64,000 bases of DNA from an uncultured Verrucomicrobiae bacterium (lineage in GTDB: Bacteria > Verrucomicrobiota > Verrucomicrobiia > Chthoniobacterales > JAFAMB01). Of this stretch, positions 55,971 through 64,000 are shown in pieces; position 1 is the stretch's first letter; the number at the start of each line of letters is the position of its first letter. The stretch covers positions 33,708-97,707 of the forward strand of contig CAWBYX010000033.1 in assembly GCA_963793135.1 (NCBI GenBank), in the 5' to 3' direction. Under the pieces are notes generated by a model. The model ran no database searches. It saw nothing but the letters and a program-made list of their open reading frames with translations, and was not told where the DNA came from. The translations under genes were made by a program, and so were the position numbers.

Positions 55971-58614
55971 TCAAATCCCAGCCACCAACTCCAGAGCACG
56001 ATTTTCGGCGAGAGGCAATTTCGCCTGGTCCAGGCCGACGCCACGGGCCATCTCAGGGCGGCCGCCCCCTTTGCCACCCAGAAGACCGGTGAGTTCCTGA
56101 ACAATTTTTCCAGCCTGGAACACTTGAGTCAGGGAAGAATCCACCGTCACCAAGACATGGACCTGTCCCGCACTTTTACCGAATAAGATGGCGATTCCGG
56201 CAAATCCCTTCGCCTTAAGCAAGTTCGCCACGGCCTGCAGTTGATCCGCCGCGGCCTCTTCGATGATCTGCACGAGCGCCCGCTGACCAGGGGTCAATCT
56301 CGTCGACCACTCGCTCCGCTTCACGCTGCAGAACTTGCGTTCGCTCCTTCTCCTGCGCTTTTTTCAAATCCAGCAACTCTCGACTCAGCGCCTCGATTTT
56401 CATCGACTTTTGATCCAGCTGCGTTTGGAGATGCCGGAAGGCGACCAGGCCGGTAAGCGCTTCCACTCGGCGAACTCCGGCAGAAATGGCACCTTCACTG
56501 ACAATTTTGAAAAGGCCGAGCTGTCCGGTCCGCCGCACATGGGTGCCACCGCACAATTCCATCGAGTAACCATCCAATCTTCCGGCCGCCCCTCCAATCT
56601 GCACCACGCGGACGGCAGCTCCATATTTCTCGCCGAAAAACTGCATGATATCGCCCCGGGATTTCACCTCGCCATACGGGACTTCGATCCAACTGACCGT
56701 ATCATTAGCGATGATGCGACTATTCACTAACTCCTCTATATCTCGCAGTTGCGATGGTGAGACTGGCTGACTATTGAAGTCAAATCGCAAGCGGTCTGGA
56801 CCGACCAAGGAGCCTTTCTGACTAACTTCCTTACTAACAACCTGATGCAGCGCCCAATGAAGGAGATGCGTCGCCGTATGATGAGCCTCAATCACCCGAC
56901 GCCTCGGACTATCTACTTTCAACATAACTTCCGCGGGAATAATAAGATCGATCGGCTGAGCAAGTTTGAGGTAAAAGGTTCGACCTTGCTTGGTGACCCC
57001 TTGCACCGGCAGCACCTTACCATCTTGAAAAACAACCTCTCCGGTATCGCTTACCTGTCCTCCCATCTCGGCATAGAAAGGAGAACGGTCGACGATCATG
57101 AAGGTTTGCTTCTCCTGACGGACAATCTGGACCAGATGGGCGCTTGCTTCATCGTGCTCAAAGCCGACAAACTCCGTTGGAACAGTCTCTGCCACCGCGG
57201 AGACGACTTCTTTTTCCTGAGCAGCGCGCGACCGTTCTCGCTGCTCCTCCATCATTTTTTCGACCGCTTGGAGATCGAGGGTTAGTCCGCGTTCTCGAGC
57301 TAACACTTCCGTCAGGTCAATCGGAAATCCGTAGGTGTCAGAGAGTCTGAAAGCGGCTTCCGCAGGAAAGGTCTGGCCGGTTCGCTGATCGTATTCTTCC
57401 TCGAAGATGCGTAGTCCCCGATCGAGGGTGCGATTGAACAAGACTTCCTCGCTATCTAACACTTCCACTAACTTTTGCTGCTCCAATTTCAGTTCGGGAA
57501 AAGTGGACCCCAAGCTATCGACGATGGTCGGAACTAATTTGCTGAGAAATCCATCGGAACCGAAACCGAGATAACGACCGAAGAGCACCGCCCGGCGAAG
57601 GATGCGCCTGAGGACATAGTGGCGATCGGTGTTGCCCGGAACTATCCCATCCGCAATGGCCATTGAGAGCGTTCGAATATGATCGGCCACCACCCTGAAA
57701 GCGACGTCGACTTTTTCTTGTTCAGAAAGGTTTGCCCGGGAGCCAGGCAGGGTTTTTCCATATAATTTGCCGCTTAGCGCCGCAATCTTCTGGAAAATCG
57801 GCCGAAAGACATCGCTCTCGTAGTTGGAGATTGCGCGGGCAAAATCCCGAAAACCGTCTGTGCATTCGATGATGCCGGCAACCCGTTCAAAGCCCATTCC
57901 CGTGTCGACGTGCCGGGCGGGCAAAGGTGAAAATCCGCCATCCGGGTTCGCGTTCAGCTGGATAAAGACCAGGTTCCAGATTTCAATGCACAAGGCGTTC
58001 CCCTGATTGACCAGGCTCCCCTGGGTATCTCCTTTGGCAGTCAAATCGACGTGGACCTCGGAACAGGGACCGCAAGGCCCGGTATCGCCCATCATCCAGA
58101 AATTGTCTTTCCGATTACCGTTGACGACGTGAATCTTGGGGTCGAGACCGGCATTCTTAAAAGCGGTCGCCCAATAATCGTGGGCCTCCTGGTCAAAGAC
58201 CGCCGGGTCACCTTCTCCGGGCCGGTAAACGGTGGCGTAGAGGCGTTCCGGCGGGAACTTCCAACGTTGCACCAGGAGTTCCCAGGCCCACTCGATGGCC
58301 TCTTTCTTGAAGTAATCTCCAAAGCTCCAGTTACCGAGCATTTCGAAGAAGGTGTGATGATAGGTGTCGAAACCCACATCATCGAGATCGTTGTGTTTGC
58401 CGCCGGCTCGAATGCATTTTTGCGTATCGGCGACGCGAGGCGGGATAAACGGTGGCTTCTCCTGGCCGAGAAAATAGGGCACAAACTGGTTCATCCCCGC
58501 ATTGGTAAATAACAGATTCGGAGCGCTCGGCAGCAGGCTTCCAGAAGGCACAATGGTGTGCTGTTTTTCCCGGAAAAAATCCAGGAATGATCGCCTGATT
58601 TCGGATGCCTTCAT
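55971..58614 (-). pseudogene. alaS: Alanine--tRNA ligase, C-terminal (C-Ala/DHHA1) domain separated by one frameshift as sequenced
   Basis: Start at MKASEIRRSFLDFF (58614). FTNAGMNQF, HHTFFEMLGNWSFGDYFK, editing-domain HHTATHLLH and CGGTHV. The main frame ends at 56215. The other frame carries QRALVQIIEEAAADQLQAVANLLK...GGKGGGRPEMARG to 55971. The likely indel is at the G4 run at 56290-56293. Confidence 0.9.
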
Positions 58615-58794
58615 GATAGTTCGACTTGGTGCGGAGCCGGCAAGATGCTCGAAAAACGGCGGCGGAGCAATTGAGACATTTGACAATATTGCCCTGACGA
58701 AAGGGGCTTGAGGACTCAGCCTAGGGTTTCGACCCCATAAGCGCTTCGTTCTGAAAGCAATGATAGCCTCTCGCCGCCCTGCGGGGCAAATGCC

Positions 58795-59877
58795 CTAGCT
58801 CAGGCTGACTTCTCGACCCGTTAAGCTGGACTGATAAATCGCGTCCAACATTTCCATCAGCAGTACCGCCTGGACCGAGCCATTGATCGCAGGTTCTTCG
58901 CCGCTGATGGCCCGCAGGAAATTTTGCATCTGGGAGACAAATTCATGAGCCACAGGCTGAAATGGCAACACACTGTCCACCAGTGTGCCATCCTTATCCT
59001 CGAAGAGGGAGAGAGGCGGAATTTTGACCGAGGGATGCAGTTGGAGCGTATCCACGACCCGGATTGAGCCTTTCGGCCCGTACAAGGTGGTGCTGAACAA
59101 TTCGCGGGTGCCCCATTTGCCGAGAGGAATGTCGTCCGTCAGATTCGCCGCCCACGAAACATCAAAAAGGACAGAAGCCCCATTCTCGAAACGGATCATT
59201 CCACAGGCGCTGTCTTCGACATCAAAGACCGGCGTTTTCACCAACTGAGGAAATTTTTGATAGGTTTGGGCCGAGACGGTTCTCGGTTTGGGATTCCCCA
59301 TCAGGTACCAGGCAGAGTCGATCGCGTGCACTCCAAGATCAATCAATGCTCCACCGCCAGCACGGGAACGATCCGTAAACCATCCGTCGATACCTCCAGG
59401 CGTGCCCCGCGATCGCACCCACATCGTTTTGGCAAAATAAATCTCTCCGAGCCGCCTTTCCGAGACGACCTTCCGGGCCTCCTGGACCGAGCCGGAAAAA
59501 CGCATTTGCCGGCCAAAAAAATAGATCAATCCACGTTTCTCGGCTTCTCCGTGCAATTGTCGCATTTGTTCGGCGTTCAAGGTGGGCGGCTTTTCGCACA
59601 AGACATGTTTACCGGCCTGCAAGGCCTTCAGTGTCCCAGGGAAATGCAGGGCATTCGGCAAACTGACGACCACCGCGTCGAGCTCAGGATCGGCCAGCAT
59701 CTTATCGTAGTCGCCAAAGACTTTTGCCGGCGAAAATTTAGCCGCAAATTTCGTCCGCCGTGCTTCATTGAGATCGCAGGCAGCGTATAAACGTCCGAGA
59801 CCGGATCCCTGAATCCCTTCTGCGTGCCGTTCACCCGGCCAACCCAGGCCGACAATACCAACATCATATTTGTCCAT
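58795..59877 (-). CDS. Gfo/Idh/MocA-family oxidoreductase
   Basis: Start at MDKYDVGIVGLGWPGERH (59877). EKPP motif. The upstream 31 codons of the ORF run into the repeat. Confidence 0.8.
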   Translation of the reverse strand: MDKYDVGIVGLGWPGERHAEGIQGSGLGRLYAACDLNEARRTKFAAKFSPAKVFGDYDKMLADPELDAVVVSLPNALHFPGTLKALQAGKHVLCEKPPTLNAEQMRQLHGEAEKRGLIYFFGRQMRFSGSVQEARKVVSERRLGEIYFAKTMWVRSRGTPGGIDGWFTDRSRAGGGALIDLGVHAIDSAWYLMGNPKPRTVSAQTYQKFPQLVKTPVFDVEDSACGMIRFENGASVLFDVSWAANLTDDIPLGKWGTRELFSTTLYGPKGSIRVVDTLQLHPSVKIPPLSLFEDKDGTLVDSVLPFQPVAHEFVSQMQNFLRAISGEEPAINGSVQAVLLMEMLDAIYQSSLTGREVSLS

Positions 59878-59921
59878 GGCTTGCCAAAAGGAATAGCCAA
59901 AAGCGCCGGGAAGCAAGAAGA

Positions 59922-60095
59922 AGGAGTTCAGGAGTTGCAGGAGTACAGGAGTTACAGAATTCCGGAACATGAGATGTCATTCGATCATGTTACCTGACTC
60001 TAAAACGACATTGCTGATTACTTCTCAAACTCCTGAACTCCTGAACTCCGATTGAACTCCTGGACTCCTGCTCCTGAATTCCTGAACTCCTGAAT
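59922..60095. repeat. Second locus of the CAGGAGTT octamer-repeat hairpin family (imperfect inverted arms)
   Basis: Left arm 59922-59957 (aggagttcaggagttgcaggagtacaggagttacag). Right arm 60028-60095 (aactcctgaactcctgaactcc...ctcctgaattcctgaactcctgaat). Confidence 0.85.
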
Positions 60096-60096
60096 C

Positions 60097-61668
60097 TCAG
60101 GGCTCAATTCTCGACCCGGCGCGATAGTCTCCGAGATCGACGGGCGCCGTGGCGTAGGGCGGTTGACCGACGATCCCAACTTCGTAAGTCTCGCCGACGA
60201 CAGACTCAGGCCATTCCGTGACATACTCTTCGATGTCCTGCCGATTCAGCATCTGACCCTCTTGCAGGTTCTTTTCGGCGACCGCTTCCTCTTTTGCGGC
60301 TCGTAGATTGGCAAGGTTCTGTTTGATTTTCGCCAGTTTATTATTCTCTCGGGCCTGCTTGATCTCCTCGACAGCGGCAACGGCGAGGTAATAGGCCGGA
60401 AGCGTCAGGACTTCTCCAAGGATCTCGTTCAGATCCTTCCTGGTTTTTCCGGTCGTGAACCAACCGTCCTCCGTCGCTCCGAAAACCAGGTAAGTTGGCG
60501 CATCCGCAGTCAATCCGGAGATTTTGGCCGACATCGCTTCCAGCAACGGATTGCCGCTTTCCCGGATCTGGCCGAATTTCAATTGCAGATCTCCCAACAC
60601 TTTTTCTAGACGTTTGCCCCCATAGGCCACACCGTTCCCTTTTTCCGGTAGTCCCGCCGCCAACTCGTTGAAATCAGGAGAAGACCTGATTCCCTGTCTC
60701 TTCCCGGCCTCGACCTCGACCATTCCGCGAACAAGCTCTTCGCTGCTTGAAAGGATCAAATAGTCACCATGCCGGGCCATCGTCGGCCGCAGGTAGGGTA
60801 TCTCTTCGACCCCTTGCAGCACTCGCATGCGGAGGTCCGGTTCGTCGATTTTCTCGACCTTCGGATTCATGCCAAATAACGCCTCTAACCGATCGAACAA
60901 CTTATCGTTTCTGACCTTCCATAACAAAGCGGCAGCTGGTTCGGGCATTTCGTAGGATTCGTTCCCCAACGGTATGGTGACCGTCGTGTTGCGGCTCAAA
61001 GTCACAACCAAGCCCACCTGGTCGCCCAGCGATTGGAGCAGATCCTCGAAGCTCAATCCGGAAAAGGCCTGCGCTTGCTGCGAGAAATGTTGCTGCCATT
61101 TAGCGACTTCCGGAATTTCCGAGCTGCCCAACGCAGTGGAAACGGCACTCCAGAACGTGGCAAGTTTAAAATCAAAAAATGCGAATCCCTCGCTGTTTTC
61201 CGGGATCATATTGATCAGCGGAAATTCGTGCGGCGCCGTGGCGAGTGAGTTCCACAAAAACCCGCTCCGATCCGGAAGATAGGTGTACGTCTTATCGAGG
61301 AAAAGACCCGGCTCGATTTCGCGCGAACTGAATCCGAAGGCCTTCACCGCCTGCAAACCGCTGTCGAGAATCAGTCGAATACCGAGATCGAACTTCTTTC
61401 GGAGGCCCTCTTTTTCCTCCGGGGAAAGACTTGGATCAGACACCGCCGTATCCCGGACTGACTCTAGTTTTTTGTTTAATTCTCCCAGCGCTTTCTCCGC
61501 ACTCCAATAAAGATAAATAACTCCGCCCGGGTCGAGGTTGGCGGCGACGCGTTGATAGGCGGGATTGCTGGGCAATTCTTCTGCCCGGCAGATCTGTCGG
61601 ATGCCCGTCTCGCCTGCGGCCAAGAGCAGAGAGCCCACGATCAAAGTCCGCGCGAATTTCCCTATCAT
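60097..61668 (-). CDS. Large secreted/periplasmic protein of unknown function
   Basis: 523 aa from MIGKFARTLIVGSLLLAAG (signal peptide). No catalytic motif recognised. Possibly DUF3352-like, on weak recollection. Confidence 0.5.
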   Translation of the reverse strand: MIGKFARTLIVGSLLLAAGETGIRQICRAEELPSNPAYQRVAANLDPGGVIYLYWSAEKALGELNKKLESVRDTAVSDPSLSPEEKEGLRKKFDLGIRLILDSGLQAVKAFGFSSREIEPGLFLDKTYTYLPDRSGFLWNSLATAPHEFPLINMIPENSEGFAFFDFKLATFWSAVSTALGSSEIPEVAKWQQHFSQQAQAFSGLSFEDLLQSLGDQVGLVVTLSRNTTVTIPLGNESYEMPEPAAALLWKVRNDKLFDRLEALFGMNPKVEKIDEPDLRMRVLQGVEEIPYLRPTMARHGDYLILSSSEELVRGMVEVEAGKRQGIRSSPDFNELAAGLPEKGNGVAYGGKRLEKVLGDLQLKFGQIRESGNPLLEAMSAKISGLTADAPTYLVFGATEDGWFTTGKTRKDLNEILGEVLTLPAYYLAVAAVEEIKQARENNKLAKIKQNLANLRAAKEEAVAEKNLQEGQMLNRQDIEEYVTEWPESVVGETYEVGIVGQPPYATAPVDLGDYRAGSRIEP

Positions 61669-61759
61669 AGAAACCTGGTGGTTCAGGCTAGGATTTCGAG
61701 ACCGGTAGTGACGAGCATATTTTGATTGGATGTCCGACGCCCACGTCGGATAACAAGGA

Positions 61760-62800
61760 ATGGCCACCGTTCCCGCCACCATCGAAGAACTAAAGCAGCA
61801 GACCGGGACAGAACTTTCTGCCGCCTCGGTGCATGCCCAGATCGATGAGGTCGCCACCAAACGGACTAAAGACCAAAAGCCTTTTCTCGAAATTCTGTTG
61901 CGCGATCGGACGGCCGTTTTGCCTTTGCGGGTCTGGAGCGATCATCCCTCCTTCGGATTTTGTTCTGAGCTTCGCACCGGAGATTTTGTGGAGGTGCAGG
62001 GAGATTTTGTGGTCAGCGCAACTTTCGGACTCGAGGCGAAAAATTGGAGCGTGCGTTTTTTGAGCGCTCCCGAGAAAGCCGACCTGCTGGCCGGGCCGCC
62101 GGAAGTTCGGGAAAGGCAAAGTCTTGATTACGCAGCGATTGAATCCTTTATTGCCTCGATACGAGATCCCCGGCTGCGCGAATTATCTCTGCTGTTTCTG
62201 AGCGAATTTGGAGAGCGGCTACGTCGCGCCGCAGGCGCGCGCAACTATCATCACGCCCGACGCGGCGGTTTAGTGGAGCATATCGCGCAGATGATGCGGG
62301 CCGGAGATGCCATGGCGGCGGTTTATGCTTCACTGAATCGGGATCTGCTGTTGGCCGGGATACTTTTTCACGACTCGGGCAAGCTTTGGGAAAACTGCTT
62401 CCCGAAGGAGAGCTTCATCATGCCTCACGATTTCCGGGCGGAGCTGGTCGGTCATATCTCTATGGGCGTTGAACTCGTGAACCGGCTCTGGCACCGCTTG
62501 AAAGAAAGCGCAGAGTTCTCTTCCTGGAATGTGCTTTCCCCGGACTCGGACCTGGTCCGCCTTCACTTGATTCATCTGGTGGCTTCTCATCACGGCCAAA
62601 AAGAGTTTGGCTCGCCGATCGAACCGAAAACGCCCGAGGCCATGACACTCCACCTGATCGATAACCTGGACGCGAAATTAGACATGATGTGGAATAACTA
62701 CCGCCTCGGAAAACGGCTGGGGCGAGACGTCATCGAACGGGTGCGCCCGCTCCCGACCAACCTTGTCGCCGCGCTGACTTCGTTCTCCGGGGAACCGTAA
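61760..62800 (+). CDS. OB-fold plus HD-domain nuclease, YhaM/Cbf1-like 3'-5' exoribonuclease
   Basis: 346 aa. N-terminal OB (FLEILLRDRTAVLPLRVW) and HD motifs YHHARRGGLVEHI and ILFHDSGK. Confidence 0.7.
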   Translation: MATVPATIEELKQQTGTELSAASVHAQIDEVATKRTKDQKPFLEILLRDRTAVLPLRVWSDHPSFGFCSELRTGDFVEVQGDFVVSATFGLEAKNWSVRFLSAPEKADLLAGPPEVRERQSLDYAAIESFIASIRDPRLRELSLLFLSEFGERLRRAAGARNYHHARRGGLVEHIAQMMRAGDAMAAVYASLNRDLLLAGILFHDSGKLWENCFPKESFIMPHDFRAELVGHISMGVELVNRLWHRLKESAEFSSWNVLSPDSDLVRLHLIHLVASHHGQKEFGSPIEPKTPEAMTLHLIDNLDAKLDMMWNNYRLGKRLGRDVIERVRPLPTNLVAALTSFSGEP

Positions 62801-63019
62801 AAGAAAGGAACGGCCAAATTGGTTAATTTGGCCGTCCTGAATCCTGCCGGACGCTCGTGTCGTCAGCCGAAGAAGATTCTCGTCGCTCCATTTTGCGGTG
62901 AGTCACTTTTTTTGAATCAGCTGGCGGTGTCCTTCATTAAACGCTCGATGTTCATTGAATCGAGTTCCGGCAGCACGAGTCTCTCGAACTCGCGGTGAGT
63001 TAAAAGTAATTCGGGACCA

Positions 63020-64000
63020 TTAGGCAAGCGCCGGATGCAGTTTTCTTTCTTCCGGCACTTTGGAAAAATCGTCTTCGTGCGGGCGACCTTTCGTCCGATC
63101 CTTCGCGATGAGCATGTAGACGGCCGGCAGGACAAACAATGTTAAGCAGGTGCCGATGATCATTCCGGTCACCAAAACCCAGCCGATACTATTCCGGGCA
63201 CCAGCTCCCGGGCCTTGGGCTAGGATCAGAGGCGTATGACCGGCGACCGTCGCCACAGAGGTCATCAAAATCGGTCGAAGCCGCGTCGCGGCGGCTTCGA
63301 TGACGGCGTGGAATTTGTCCCGCCCTTCCTCCTGAAGCCGATTGGCAAATTCGACAATCAAGATCCCGTTTTTGCAGACCAGCCCGACCAAGGTCACTAA
63401 GCCCACGTAGCTGTAAGCGTTAATCGTCGTCTTCCCGAGAAAGGTAACTGCTAATGCTCCGGTTAAACCGAGCGGTACCGATCCCATCAGAATGATCAAA
63501 GGATCCCGGAAACTTTCGAATTGGGCCGCCAGGACCAGATAAATCAAGATTGCAGCCAGTGCCAGAGTTGCCAGAAAGGAGTCGCCCTCCTTGCGAAGCT
63601 GGCGCGATTCACCCGTGTAATCAATCGTATACCCTTTCGGCAGGATCTTGGCTGCTTCCTGTTCCAGCACCTTCAAAGCATCGTCCGTGGTTGCTCCGGC
63701 AAACTTATTGGGCAAGCCCTCAATCGTTGCGGAGCTCAATTGCTGAAAACGGTTCAGCGATCTCGGTTGAACGTTGGTTTGGATATGGGCAAAGGTCGAC
63801 AGCTGGATCGGCTGCCCATTAGGTCCGGTCACATACAAGTTCTTCAGATCGTCGGTCGTCAGTCGATTGATACGTTTGACTTGGGGAATGACTTTATAGC
63901 TACGGCCCTGGATGCTGAAGTAATTGGTGTAACCGCCTCCCAGCAAGGTCGCAAGGTCACCACCCACCTGCCCCAGATTCAGCCCCATGGACGCCACTTT
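63020..64000 (-). CDS. RND (AcrB/HAE1-type) efflux permease, C-terminal part; the gene continues beyond the window
   Basis: C-terminal TM bundle with LVGLVCKNGILIVEFAN. The ORF is open to the window edge. Confidence 0.85.
   Translation of the reverse strand, partial: KVASMGLNLGQVGGDLATLLGGGYTNYFSIQGRSYKVIPQVKRINRLTTDDLKNLYVTGPNGQPIQLSTFAHIQTNVQPRSLNRFQQLSSATIEGLPNKFAGATTDDALKVLEQEAAKILPKGYTIDYTGESRQLRKEGDSFLATLALAAILIYLVLAAQFESFRDPLIILMGSVPLGLTGALAVTFLGKTTINAYSYVGLVTLVGLVCKNGILIVEFANRLQEEGRDKFHAVIEAAATRLRPILMTSVATVAGHTPLILAQGPGAGARNSIGWVLVTGMIIGTCLTLFVLPAVYMLIAKDRTKGRPHEDDFSKVPEERKLHPALA

Noticed and set aside
56159-56169. Extra copy of the GGACCTGTCCC palindrome inside alaS
   Set aside because: It is a single 11-mer within conserved coding sequence, with none of the flanking micro-repeats. 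It is most likely a chance occurrence.
62917-63135. 72-aa minus-strand ORF
   Set aside because: It overlaps the 3' end of the RND permease gene in another frame and has no supporting features.

Overview
Chromosomal window from a moderately GC-rich bacterium. Gene content and the intergenic repeat families look PVC/Verrucomicrobia-like, but that is inference only. I support about 58 protein genes and one tRNA. Most are housekeeping: lolCE-like permease, MFS, lysS, ilvB, Tat-exported SOD, uvrD/pcrA, pfkB kinase, pcm, accB-accC-thiE, UDG, htrA, recG, recJ, leuA, gltA-sucD-VOC-sucC, arfB, ribE, trxB, a LacI-linked sugar ABC importer, a GT4, SRAP, two hsp20, qor, recA, tRNA-Val(GAC), alaS, a YhaM-like nuclease and an RND pump fragment. 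Five things stand out. (1) A plasmid-like accessory island lies at about 25.5-30.0 kb between leuA and gltA. It has a Rep_3-type initiator, several unknown genes, and an MglA-type Ras-like GTPase with no MglB/roadblock partner. That GTPase is instead operonic with a tail-anchored coiled-coil protein. This is my best candidate for an undescribed module. (2) A RAYT/IS200-like Y1 transposase sits next to a dense array of short palindromes. (3) At least five families of intergenic minisatellite hairpins or MITE-like repeats are present, and some have rewritten protein C-termini. (4) Five conserved genes (uvrD, pcm, udg, a GNAT, alaS) are each split by a single frameshift, and there is one clearly decayed SBP paralog. 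(5) Candidate regulatory sites include a LacI-type operator and a sigma-54-like promoter upstream of the hsp20 pair. No CRISPR array, rRNA or recognisable phage genes were seen. All functional calls come from motif recognition by eye, with no database search.
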